Part shown: positions 48,001-60,521 of the stretch, piece by piece
Layout of the letters: each line of letters opens with the position of its first letter
Position numbering within the stretch: the stretch's first letter is position 1
Origin: Mobula hypostoma
Taxonomy: Eukaryota
Assembly: GCF_963921235.1 (NCBI RefSeq)
Contig: NC_086097.1
Location: 60,080,001-60,144,000, forward strand
Direction of reading: 5' to 3'
DNA: 64,000 nt
Made by a program: the position numbers and the translations under genes
Notes under the pieces: generated by a model
What the model was told of the DNA's origin: nothing
Seen by the model: only the letters and a program-made list of their open reading frames with translations
Databases searched by the model: none

Positions 48001-51000
48001 ATTAAGGTGGCGCCGGTAACTGGCGACTTTGCGCGTGCTCTCCCAAGCAAACTGCCCTCTCTGCTATCCGATACCCGAGAAACCCTTCTAAACCTCCAAT
48101 CTAGCAAGATCAAGATCAACAACACCCTGGCAAAGCTACTGACCCAGCTGGAGACCACCGTGCCTGAACTGCTTCTTAAACTCTGGACCGCACCTGGACC
48201 CGACCAGCAAGGCCCACCGTGCCGAAGCACTTGGAGACGCGGCCCATTCCGACCAGCACCCCTCCGGAACAGACGACCACACAGAAGTGATGGCAGAGAC
48301 CTCAAGGTGCCCCAAACGCTTCCCCGAAGTGACCACCGTAAAGCCCCGTTGGTGGCCATCCACAGCTGCCGGAAGTGAGGCCTCCACCACCGACCTCAGA
48401 AATCGAGCCCGAGGCTCGGCTGGAGAGGAGGCCTCTGCAACTGTGACTCGGCTTAAGGACTTGTTTCAGCCAGGAGCCCGGACATCCAGGATGAAGTGTC
48501 AGCTTTGGGACCCGACCCAATCGACAGCCCGGGACCCGGCAGCTAGAAGTGGTAGCGGAGCCTCCCTCGGTACTCGGCCCGAGCCGGAGCGTCCGACGAT
48601 GCGACCGGCTGATCGATTCCCATGAGACGCGTCCACCAACCGCAAAGAGCTGACAACAAAACACTGCATCGATGAAAACCTGGAAAAACGCACTATTTAC
48701 CGAGGAAGCGTGGGAAAAGAGCTGGGTTGCTGGTCAGATTGAAGCTGAGGGGCTTCAGGGTCCCTATGCCCACCATCCTACTAGCTAATGTGCAAGCCAT
48801 AGAGAACAAGGTGAATGATCTTAAAGGGAGACTCACCTACTGCAGGGAGATGCAGAACTGCTGTGTATTCTGTTTCACCGAGACCTGACTCTCCCTGCCA
48901 CCCCCGACTGTGCCATCCGACCGAAGGGATTTTCGATCCATCGGATGGACCGCACGGCGTCTTCGGGCAAGACAAGGGGAGGTGGTGTCTGCCTACTGAT
49001 CAACACTGTGCGCTGCTCGGACACAGTGGCACTGATAGTCTCCTGCAGCCTGGACCTGGAACACCTGTCGGAGAAGTGTCGTCCCTACTATCTGCCACGG
49101 GAATTCACCTCGGTCATACTTCAGCGGTCTACATTCCCCCCCAGGCAGACGTGGAGTGTGCTCTGAACATACTGTATGCCAACATCAGTGAACTTGTGAC
49201 CAGGTATCTGGAGGCTTTGCTCTTTACAGCCGGGGACTTTAACCAGGGCAATCTCAGAAAAACGCTGCCAAAGTTATACCAACATGTCTCCTGCCCCACT
49301 AGAGGCCCAAATATACATGACCACTGCTACACAGCAGTCAAGGATGCCTACCATTCCGTCCCACGACCTCACTTTGGAAAATCGGACCATCAGGCCGTAC
49401 TCCCCCTTCCGGCTTACAAGCAGAAACTGAAGCGGGAGGTCACGGTGTCAAAAGTAGTGTCGCATTGGACGGAGGAAACGGATGAGTTCCTCTGTGACTG
49501 CTTTGAATCGGTGGACTGGTTAGTATTCAAGGACTCAGCAGCTAACATCAATGAGCATGCCTCCGTTGTCACGGACTTCATCTGAAAATGCATGGAGGAC
49601 TGAGTGTCTCGCAGGACGATCCGGGTATTCCCTCACCGGAAACCTTGGATGAATTATGAGGTCAAGTCCCTTCTAAAGGCTAGAGCTGCAGCTTTTAGGT
49701 CCGGGGATACCAGTTGCTACACGGAATCCAGGCGTGAACTCCGGAAAGCCATTAATGGTGCCAAGAGGCAATATCGAGCCAAGTTGGAAGCCCAGGCTAA
49801 CCAGAGGGATGCCAGTAGACTATGGCAGGGTCTAAATGAGATCACTGGGTGCCAAGAAAAGGCTGGGAATATTAATAACTGTGGCGCTTCTCTTCCTGAC
49901 GAACTTAATGTATTCTACGCAAGATTCGAACAAAAGAGGAGCATCCCGCTCCCTCCGGATGAACCGGACCTGGTGGCATCGAGATTCATCATCACCGAGG
50001 AGGACGTTAGAAGGGTCTTCTTGAAGATAAATCCAAGGAAGACGACGGGCCCAGATGGCATCCCAGGACGGGTTCTCCAGGTCTGTGCAGGCGAGCTAGC
50101 TGAAGTGTTTGCTGACATCTTCAACTGCTCTTTGCTTCAGTCTAAGATACCCTTGTGTTTTAAGAAGGCAACGATAATCCCAGTGCCGAAGAAGAGCAAG
50201 GTGGCATGCCTGAATGACTATCGACCTGTGGCTCTGACATCAATTGCTATGAAGTGCTTCGAGCGATTGGTTATGGCACACATCAACCACAGCCTACCGG
50301 TCAACCTCGACGCTTTGCAATTCGCCTACCGGAGCAACAGGTCAACGGCAGATGCCATCTCTCTGGCTCTACATTCCTCCTTAGAACACCTGGAGAATAA
50401 AGACGCATATGTAAGGTTCCTTTTCATTGACTACAGCTCTGCCTTTAATACCATCATTTGAAATAAACTGATTCTTAAGCTCCGGAACCTGGGCGTTAGC
50501 ACTCAGATCGGCAGCTGGATCTTCAACTTCCTCACAGACAGGACCCAGGCTGTAAAAATCGGGACAAGCTCTCCTCTACAATCATTGTGAGCACTGGTGC
50601 CCCACAAGGCTGTGTACTCAGCCCCCTGCTGTACTCACTGTACACCCATGATTGTGTAGCCAAGTTTCCATCAAACTCAATATATAAGTTTGCTGATGAC
50701 ACAACAATTGTAGGCCATATCTCAGGTAATGATGAGTTTGAGTACAGAGAGGAAATTAAGAACCTGGTGGCATGGCGCGAAGACAATAACCTATCCCTCA
50801 ACGTCAGCAAGACGAAGGAATTGGTTGTTGACTTCAGAAGGCGTAGCGGACCGCATGACCCAATTTACATTGGTAGTGCGCAAGTGGAACAGGTCAAAAG
50901 CTTTAAGTTCCTCGGGGTCAATATCACAAATGACCTGACTTGGTCCAACCAAGCAGAGTTCACGGCCAAGAAGGCCCACCAGCGCCTTTACTTCCTGAGA

Positions 51001-51640
51001 AAACTAAAGAAATTTGACCTGTCCCTTAAAAACCTCACTAATTTTTATAGCTGCACCGTAGAAAGCATTCTTCTAGGGTGCATCACAACCTGGTAAGGAA
51101 GCTGTCCTGACCAAGACCGAAAGAAGCTGCAGAAGATCGTGATCGTGGCACAGCACATCACACAAACCAATCTTCCATCTTTGGACTCACTTTACACCGC
51201 ACGCTGTCGGAGCAGTGCTGCCAGGATAATCAAGGACACGACTCACCCAGCCAACACACTTTTTGTCCCTCTTCCCTCCAGGAGAAGGCTCAGAAGCTTG
51301 AAGACTCATATAGCCAGATTTGGGAACAGCTTCTTTCCAACTGTGATAAGACTACTGAACGGATCCTGACCCGGATCTGGGCCGTACCTTCCAAATATCC
51401 AGATCTGTCTCTCAGTTTTTTGCACTACCTTACTTTCCATTTTTCTATTTTCTATTTATGATTTATAATTTAAAATTTTAATATTTACTAATTTTTACTA
51501 TTTTTAATATTTACTAATTTTTACTATTTTTAATATTTAATATTTGTAATCCAGGGAGTGGGAAGCGCAGAATCAAATATTGTTGTGATGATTGTAAGTT
51601 CTAGTATCAACTGTCTGGCGACAATAAATTATAAGTATAA
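48001..51640 (+). mobile_element. Apparently full-length Rex1/Babar LINE inserted in the L1 3' UTR
   Basis: CpG-rich leader, an EN-RT ORF, and a 3' UTR ending acaataaattataagtataa. AT-rich L1 UTR lies on both sides. The TSD is unclear. Confidence 0.9.
48766..51369 (+). pseudogene. Rex1/Babar endonuclease-reverse transcriptase
   Basis: Motifs PTILLANVQAIENK, RGGGVC, AGDFN, GKSDH, NDYRPVALTS, IDYSSAFNTI, GAPQGCVLSPLL and KFADDTT. A few stops and frameshifts. Confidence 0.93.
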
Positions 51641-51949
51641 GCCCATGCTTTTTTTTTCTTTAGTTTAGTTTAGTTTTCTTTTAGTTGGTTTAGATTTTTT
51701 TTTTCTTTTGGGGTATAATTTTTTTTCTTTTTTCATGATATTTTTATATTTTCACTTTATATTTTCCTATATTATATTTGTACTTTTTGAGATTTTGGGA
51801 GGCTCATTAATTATGTGTCAATTGAGTTTATATTTGTATAAACTATTTATCAACAATGTAATCCCAATTGCTCTGTATCTATTTTCTGTAATGTTTACGA
51901 TGCTGAAATTAATAAAAAAGATTGAAAAAGAAAGAAAGCACTGATCCTG

Positions 51950-52550
51950 CTCACTGGGGAAAGGAAACGTTAGATGATTCAGTCCGAGCATACTGGGCTA
52001 AGAAAGGGTCGGAGTCCTGCCAGAATAAGGATGTGGATATCAAAGCTTTGGAATGAGTATACAAACAGCAGAGATGTTTTTTTCTCCAAATTTCACTTCA
52101 AACGCAAGCTCGTAAATAGTGAGTACATATCAAGGCAATGGCTCTTATATTCCCCTTCCACCGGCTGTGTGTTTTGTTTTGCATGCCGCATCTTCAGTGA
52201 TGGTAAATGTCAGTCCATCTTCGAAACTGGCTTTAGCGACTGGATACATGCCACTGAGCGCATTGGAGAGCATGAAAATAGCGAATACCGCAGGAAAACG
52301 ATACTGACCTACGTTACGCTGGCGTCTGACAGCGGAAGAATAGATACAGAACTGCAAAAACATTTCGAGTCAGAGTGTGTCTACTGGACTGACGTATTGA
52401 GTGTTGGTGGTTGTGAAGCTTTTGGTCGAGAGGGGACTGGCTATCCGAGGCTCCAGTGACATATTTGGCAGGCCTGATAACGGCAACTACATAGGCTCAG
52501 ATCCACAATGGGACAGGACAGCCTGAGTCATCTTACTCTGATGTCACTTT
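51950..52550 (+). pseudogene. hAT transposase: TTF-type zinc finger and DUF4371 start joined to the dimerisation-domain end
   Basis: Motifs RQWLLYSPSTGCVFCFACRIF..GFSDW..EHENS and GLAIRGSSDIFGRPDNGNYIG, immediately followed by LRSTMGQDSLSHLTLMS. Confidence 0.88.
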
Positions 52551-55439
52551 AATTTTAAAAAACAAGCATCTAACTTTGTAAGTATCTAGGCTTGTGCGTC
52601 AGAGTTGCTCCTGTTTTTGTGGCAATAGGCTAATAGTTTACAACCTTAGTAAGTAATAAGTGGTCTTTACTCTGAAAGCCACACAGTACAGCAATAAATT
52701 AGTATGTGCTAGATCCCATTTTTCAAAAAGATTGCTGGAGTATTGCCAAGATTCCTGGTTTGCCATAGTGCCATCTCTTTTGGCCTTTTTGTCTCTCATT
52801 TCCATTTTACTTCCTCAGAACACACGGTTGAGAAAAATACCGGATAAAAATGCTTTGACATTGTTTGAGAAATAAGGCCTATGGTATGTGCAGCAATAGC
52901 TAAATGAAGATTTAAGATTGGGTACATCATACTTCGTCTCCCTCATAACTTTACTAAGCCAACTAAGCCTAGGTCAATTTTTGAGTGCTTTAGATGCTGT
53001 CCTTCAAACTAAGAATCTGCATTACTTTCTGTCCTCCCTCTTAAGGCCTGTAAGCTTATAGCCTACGTATTGTACTAAACCAATATACTGGTCCACAGCT
53101 TTGATATTTAGACCAGTAAGACCTTTGCTCTTGTTCTTGCCTTTTTTTGCTTGGTACAGCAGCATTTTACAGTACCAGCAGGAGCCCATCAGGGCCTCCA
53201 GCCCAGGGGCCCTGGCCCCACTAAATCTGGCCCTGAGTGGGTGAAACAGTGATACAATATAACCAAAAGGGTAAAGATTAATCACTATTGTATGCTACTA
53301 AGTATTAGAAAAGCCGATTGGCTTTCTAAAACTCAGTAGCATACAAGGGGAGATGTTGAATATAATACCGTGGATGTGAAGAGTCTGATGGAGCTCAAAA
53401 TAGTTGTTTCAGAGACAACACTTGAAGTTACATTAAAAAGCTTGTGGCAGGATCCAAAATCTATTTAAGCTAATACAAAAGGCTGTGCTGCTGTCACTGG
53501 AACAGCCAATGTTAGGAAGAATTCCCAACTCAGAAAAGGAAGCTTGTATTTTATAATGTGTTCATTTTTAACATTCAATTTTTTTCTGCTGACTTTTAAC
53601 AGTGCATTTGGAACAACACCTGTGAGAACTTTGGAGAAGAATGCACCAATCTATATTAAAAATAAAGAATGACTTTCTACAAAATGATCTCCTAGGACAA
53701 GTGCAACATGTCACATTAATTCTGAGAAAACTTTCTGTGGCAAATTTACATGAGTTGAATAATTAAAATTCAATTTAATCTGTGAAACAATGAATTCTTT
53801 AAGATGAATAATGAGATCCAGGTTGAATCAAAATCCCAGACTACTATTGATTCTCTACAACGGAGGAGGATTTCAAAATTATTTCATATAAATTATACAG
53901 TCAAACAGTTAAAAGCACTAATGATAATTGGAGTGCGTGGATTGTAAATAATAAAACCACGACCACATTGATGTTGTTTCGTAACAAATTGCAACCCAGT
54001 AATGGCTTCCATATCTGAAAAAAAGCAAGCTATTAAAATAAACTGATTTTCTGCCTGCAACTGAAGCCGTCATTATCTGGTTATGCAGAGTTAAAATATG
54101 TCACATGTAGGGGTTCCTTAGAAGTTATTCAGGTTGTCAATCTGCCTCTTTCGACAGAATAGTTATTGTCTTGATACATGTAAAAGTAGCTGAAGGACAT
54201 ACAATTCATTTTCTTTTCAAAATGATAGTTGTCAATAATTACTCACAAACATTGACATGCATCAGTATTAATTATAAAAGATAAAACAATAAATTTCAAG
54301 AAAGGGCACTTCTTAAATGTTTTTTTCTAATTTATACCAATAGATATTTTTAAACTCTGGTTAATCAATACCTCCACCTCAGTTGTATTGATTAATGATG
54401 CTATAAAAGCATTGGGTAATGTTCAATCCATTGAAGAGTGAGGTAGTTTAGTTGGTATTGTAAAATTATATGCATTTACTGAGCTCCCAGCTGTCAATTC
54501 AATCATGTTTGGTGAGATCTTAATTTTATGTGATGGTGTAAAATGGGTGATAACAAGTTGGCGTATCTCTACAGTGGGATGTAAAACATTTTTTAAGTCA
54601 CTGACGACAACAGGGTTATGCAAACCAGACTGATGAGCTGCATTCTATTATTTTAAACTTTCTCACTCAGTATCCTGTAGCAAGCAATACATATTCATCA
54701 CATTAAATCAAGGTAGTAGACCAGCAAAAGAAGCAATTCGACTTTCAAGCCCAAGCTGACTTGAGATTTTAGTAGATTCTGTAGGCCTACAATTCTGCTT
54801 TTATTCCTGTAATTTCTTAAATTACCTTTTATTAACATTCTGGTGGGCTATTCATCGTGTGCTCAACATGTTCATTTGAAACATTAACCACTCTGTGATA
54901 CATTGAGGAGTTGTCATGAAGAATTTGTTTGGCTGCTCTAACATGTTATGTAAGTGTATGTGCGATGGTGCTCTCTGTAAAGTAGACTGTCATCATTGTA
55001 TCATATGTAAGACTAACATAGGTGACAGAAACCATGCTTATAGGCCTTCAACATTATTCTTGAAGTTTTGTTGACATTCAACATGCTCCAAAGGTTGATA
55101 TCAAAGCTTTAAGCCTGAAGATGATTCATTGAATTGATATCAAATGTCCAGCTACAAAAAACAGTGAAAGTAGAGGCAATTGAAGTAAGAGATTTTCTTA
55201 GATTGTGAATTTGCTTTGTAACTAGGTAAACTGTGTGCCTTCTGGGCACAATATGAATGGAATTTCAGGTGTATTTGATGTACAATTATCATTTAAAAAG
55301 TAACTGTCCAGGGGTATAGAATTAAACAGAAAGAGAACTTTTTCTTTCTTTTTGAAAACCATACCATATCATATTTTTCCCAAATTCAGATTATTGCCTG
55401 CAAAAACTATAATCTCATTGTCAATCTTATTGATTATTT

Positions 55440-58012
55440 TCAATGTGGCTGCTTTGTGGCCTGTAAATTTTTTCCCTCACTAAATTTCCCACTGCCCGTG
55501 AAACTGTGGACCTTGTATTGCAACAGGTGTTTAAAGTACATGGATTTGCTTCCGATATTGTCTCTGACAGGAGCTCTCAATTTATGACAAAGATTTGTCA
55601 AGCATTTTGTAAACTTATTGGAGGTACTTTTAGCTCTTTTTCCAGTTTTCATCCACAAATGAATGGTCAGACTAAGAGAACTAGTCAAGATTTGGAATGC
55701 ACTCTTTGCTGCCTTGTTTCTGGTAACCACTTCTCCTGGTGCGATCATTTTATTTGGACAGAGATAGCTCATAATACCCTTCATTACTCTTCTCTTAACA
55801 TGCGTCCCTATGAATGTCAATTTGGGCTTAAGCCTCCTCTCTTTCTAAAGCAGGAAGTGGAAGCTGGTGGTCCTTCTACTAAACACCTTGTCAAACACTG
55901 TAGACAGTGATGGCTTCAAGCCAAGAGAACTTTGGTTTTGCTTCAGTGAGGCAGCAGTTCCATGCTAACAGGAGGAGGAACCTGGGTCCTTCTTTTTGCA
56001 TGGCTCAGCAAGTTGGCTGTCTATACAAGACCTTCCCTTTAAAATTGAATCCCAGAAAATAGCTCCTCACCTCATCGGGCCTTTTAGCATTGTTAAGAGT
56101 ATCAACCCTGCAGCTTATAAATTACAGCTTCCCAGGTCTCTCTGAATCCATCCCATCTTTCACATCTATAATCTGAAACTCCTACTCTGTAGTCCTTTAG
56201 TCCCCCACTCCTACGCCTCCCTCTCCTTCTAGAATTATAGACAGATTTACACTATCCACAGATTGGTTGACTCCTGGAAAGTTAAGGGGCAGTTCCAATA
56301 TTTAGTCGATTGGAAGAAGTATGGTCTGGAGGAGTGGAATTGGGTGCTGGTCCAGGATATTTTGGATCATGATCTAATTACTGATTTTCATTGGCTTCAT
56401 CTTAATTACTCTAAGCTGCCTGGAGTTGACTTTGTGGGCAGTAGGGAGAGGAAGTGAGCAAGCTCTGGTTTTTCACTTTGCTTTACAGGTGTCTCATTTG
56501 TAATCATGGGATTTTATTTATCACTTTCATTGAACTTGGGATAATTTAGTTAGCACGGCATTTTCAATGTTTTGTATTGTTTGTAACCCAGGTTAATTAA
56601 ACCCCAATATTGTAATGCTAGAAAGTTGTACCTGTGGAGGGATGAAAAAGAAGTTTACCAACTTTAAAAAAATTGAAAAAAAACGCCATGTGAGGGAGGG
56701 AGGAGCTGGACACAGGAGGGAGAAGGAGAGAAACGTAGCAATGATTAGAAGCTCAAGTCATGAACTGTTAAGAGTGGAATTAGTAGTGAGTATCTTTACA
56801 CTACTAACTTGAAACCCTCAGGGTGATACCCCCTGGAGGAGAGACAATAACAATAAAAGATTTATTGAAGCTACAGCTGTAACATACAGCAGCTTTAACG
56901 AGACAATATCAGCAGAGACCAGTGTCCAAAATCCCTACCGTGTAGTCAGGAATTAGTTCTGCAAAATCATACCAAGGCATTAGGTCAAGTTTTGTACTAG
57001 TTTTGTGAACTGACTTTCTGTGGATGACAAACTATTTTATTCCAAGAATCAAGATGGCGAGCCACCCAGGTGAAGAACTAGCGCGGGAACAAAATGTGTA
57101 ATAACGCAGAGGATTTAACATAGTTTATTTTCATTTGAAGAATCCAAATCTGATTTTCTGCAAGAACTGATTATTTTTGCAAAGACTTTGATAAGTTACT
57201 GAATGAGATTACTTTGTTTAAGACTTGTCATGAAAGGAGTTGTATATATAATTTTTGAATTTGTATTTGAATGTGTAGCTATACTGCCTGGAACTGAAAC
57301 TGAAGTTAACTATAATACTTGAGAATAGGAATTATATTTGGTTTTCTAACTAACTAGGGATAAGGAAAAAGGGAAGTTCAGTCTGTAAATTTTTAAATAA
57401 GGAATCACACTAGATCTAATTAGTTAGAGAAGTTGAAGTAACAAAGGTTATTCTAATGAATATCACTGATTCTAATTAAACAGGAATTTGGCTTTTGTTG
57501 ATATCTAAGATTTGGAACCTAAACAGGATGTTTGAATTTGAATTGTTCTAGCTCATGTAAATATTTTGTACATTTTTTTTATTATAAACAAAACCTTATT
57601 TCCAGAAGTGTGTGGTTCCTATTCACTGTCTCCTTCCGATACCTGGATTCTTCTCATGGCCTACTACCATCTAGTGTAATTTGATTTTCTCCAGGAGTGC
57701 GGTGACTAGGTAATAAGACCGGTACTACACAGGTTTTACATGTTGGCTTTGGGAGTTATTGCTTCATATGCTGTCTGATTGGTCCTGAATTTCTACCTGC
57801 TCCAGAGTGTATTTCAGGGGTGCATGCCAACCCTCTTTTCTCAGTCGTTGCGGTTCCTTATATGGTGGAACTCACGTCGAGTTCTTCTGCGTACTGTGAG
57901 TGATTTCAGTTCATCAGGATTCTGTATTGTTTGTCTGAGTTCTTGCTAGTTTTTCTAGTTAATTACTGTAATAAATCTTTAGTTTTGTTTGAACTGTCGA
58001 AGTCTCTGTCAC
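55440..58012 (+). mobile_element. Chromoviral Gypsy 3' part: integrase, chromodomain, PPT, LTR family B (interrupted)
   Basis: Motifs DIVSDRSSQF, SSFHPQMNGQTKR and QYLVDWKKYGLEEWNW. Purine tract agggagaggaag at ~56443. The LTR matches 9830-10250. Confidence 0.88.
56582..57740 (+). mobile_element. Solo LTR, family C (1159 bp)
   Basis: tgtaa...ttaca ends. 4-bp TSD tgtt at 56578-56581 and 57741-57744. Inserted in LTR B. Confidence 0.88.
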
Positions 58013-58174
58013 ACAGTGAGCAAACTTCATTTTGTTTTGTGTTAAAATAAACGTTGCAATAAGCAATATTCACCTACATTAATGCAGCTACCTACATGTT
58101 TTCATTTGCACGTTGTGTGAAAGTTTAGTGGCATTAAACTTCATATTTGCACACAAGTATAATTATGAAGAATC

Positions 58175-58675
58175 ACAGCACCGCCTCTACTTCCTTAGGA
58201 GTTGGTGAAAATTCGGCATGACGTTTAAAACTTTAAACAAACTTCTATGGATGTGCAATGGAGAGTATATTGACTGGCTATGTCACAGCCTGGTAATGGA
58301 AATACCAATGTCCTTGAATGGAAAATCTTACAAAATGTAGGGGATATGATCCGGTCTATCATGGGGAAAGCCCTCCCCATCTACACAGAGTGTTGTCACC
58401 TGAAAGCAGCATCCATTATCAGTGACCCCCGTCACCCAGGTCATGCTCTCTTCTCTTTACTTCCATCTGAAGAGCCTCAGGACTTATACCACCAGGTCTA
58501 GGAACAGTTATTACCCCTCAACCATCAGGCTCTTGAACCAGAGGGGATAATTTCATTCTACATCACTTGCCTCATCACTAAACTGTTCCCACAGACTATG
58601 GACTCACTTTCAAGGCTTCTTCATCTCATTTTCTCAATATTTAATGTTTGTTTATTTATTTAATATTGTTTTTCT
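58175..58675 (+). mobile_element. Rex1/Babar 3' fragment
   Basis: Homologous to 5320-5830 (KAASIISDPRHPGHALFSLLPS). Confidence 0.85.
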
Positions 58676-60521
58676 CAGCTCAAGCTGGTAAAATCTGAGG
58701 TACAGGCATAGCCAAGCAGTCTCATTTCTCAATTACTAGGAACTTTTGGACTATTCTAGTGGTGTTTAGTATTGTGGCTTTCTGGAGATTTACATAGATA
58801 TTTCTGTGTGGCCCCAATTGTTTAATGCTATAGTGCAGTGATTTTGGGATGATACCAGTTGTGATATTACTATTGGGACAATGTATACCCTCTTCATCTT
58901 CCAAAGCCTTTCAATTTCTTCTTGTAATTCAGCACATTTCTGGTATTTTTCACTTTCTGATTTCTGTAAGGTATGCGTGTTCGAAATGGCTATTTCTATT
59001 AAGTAAATTGTTCTACCTTATTTATCTTGTATTATCATATCTGGATAGTTATTATGGATTGTCCTATCTAAAATAACAGATCAATCAGGATATAATTTGT
59101 GGGACTCTGACTCTAAATCTGGATCAGACTTGCAGTTATAGTAAGATACGGTTTCTTTTATGAGTTTGCATTTTAAAACAAGATTTTGGTAAATGATGTG
59201 TGCCACTTGATTATGCCCGTGTAATCTGATTGAGTTAAATTGCTGCAGGATCCTGTAATGTAATGCAAACATGATCATGTAGAATCAATCAATAAATCAA
59301 TCAATCAATTACATTAAGTATAGAATAAATTAAAAGTAGGACAAAAATATAATATATATTTATATACATATATTTAACATATAGAAACATTAACATATAT
59401 ATTTTAGAAGTGTTCATGGGTTCCATGTCCATTTAGGAATCATATGTCAGAGGGAAGAAGTGGTTTCTGAATCACTGGGTGTATGCCTTCAGGCTTCTGT
59501 CCCTCCTTCCTGATGGCAGTAATAAGAACAGGGCATGTCCTAGATAACGGATGTCGCGTTTCTGAGGCACTGCTCCTGAAGATGTCCTGGGCACTACAGA
59601 GGCTAGTACTAAAGATGAAGATGACTAATTTTAAAACTTACTGAAGTTTCTTTCGGTCCTGGGCAGTAGCCCCCCCCCCCCACCCACCCATCCCAGACAG
59701 TGATGCAGACTGTCAGAATGCTCTCCATGGTTCATCTATAGAGATTCTTGGGTGTTTTTGTTGACAAACCAAATTTCTTCAAACTCCTAATGATATATAG
59801 CTGCTATCTTGTCTTCTTTATAGCTGCATCAATATGTTGGGACCAGATTAGATCTTCAGAGGCCTTGCCACCCAGGAAGATGAAATTGCTCACTCTCTCC
59901 ACTTCTGATCCCTCTATGAGGATTGGTTCGTGTTCCCGTGTCTTACCCTTCTGGAAGCCAACAAGCAGCTCTTTTGTCTTTCTGACATTGGGTGCAAGGT
60001 TGTTACTGTGACACCACTCAACTAACTAGTACATCTCTTTCCTGTACACCTTCTCATATCCATCTGAGATTCTACCAACAACGGTTGTATCATCAGCAAA
60101 TTTATAGATGTTAATTGAGCCACACAGTCATGGCTATAGAGAGAGTAGAACAGTGGGCTAAGCACACACTCCTGAGGTGTGCCGCTGTTGATCATGAGCA
60201 AGGAGGAGATATTATTACAAATCCACACAGATTGTGGTCTTTTGGTGAGGAAGTCGAGGATCTAATCACAAAGGGAGGTATAGAGGCCAAGGTTCTGTAA
60301 CTTATCGATCAAGATTGTGGGAATGATGGTGTTAAATGCTGAGCTATCATCAATGTATTTTTCAAATGACCTTAGGCTGTGTGAAGAGCCATTGTGTCTG
60401 CCATTGACCTTTTGTGGCAATAGGCAAATTGTAGCGGGTCCAGATACTTGCAGAGGCATGACCAACCTCTCAAAGCATTTTATCACTGTAGATGTGAGTG
60501 CAACTGGGCGATAGTCATCAA

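Larger units (their letters stand above)
41898..51936 (+). mobile_element. Near full-length decayed L1 (fish-type)
   Basis: 13-bp TSD agcgctgatcctg/agcactgatcctg at 41885-41897 and 51937-51949. Contains ORF1, a T-rich spacer, ORF2, a 3' UTR, aataaa and an A-rich tail. Confidence 0.92.
41436..53235 (+). mobile_element. hAT DNA transposon (Tip100/ZMYM1-like), internally deleted, with ~10 kb of nested LINEs
   Basis: Perfect 8-bp TSD agtgggtg at 41428-41435 and 53236-53243. Imperfect TIRs caaggctggact and (reverse complement) cagggccagatt. Subterminal ggccc-rich motifs at both ends. Confidence 0.92.

Noticed and set aside
51974..52459. ZMYM1-like zinc-finger host gene
   Set aside because: It lies inside TIRs and an 8-bp TSD, is interrupted by L1, and is frameshifted and core-deleted, so it is a transposase remnant.
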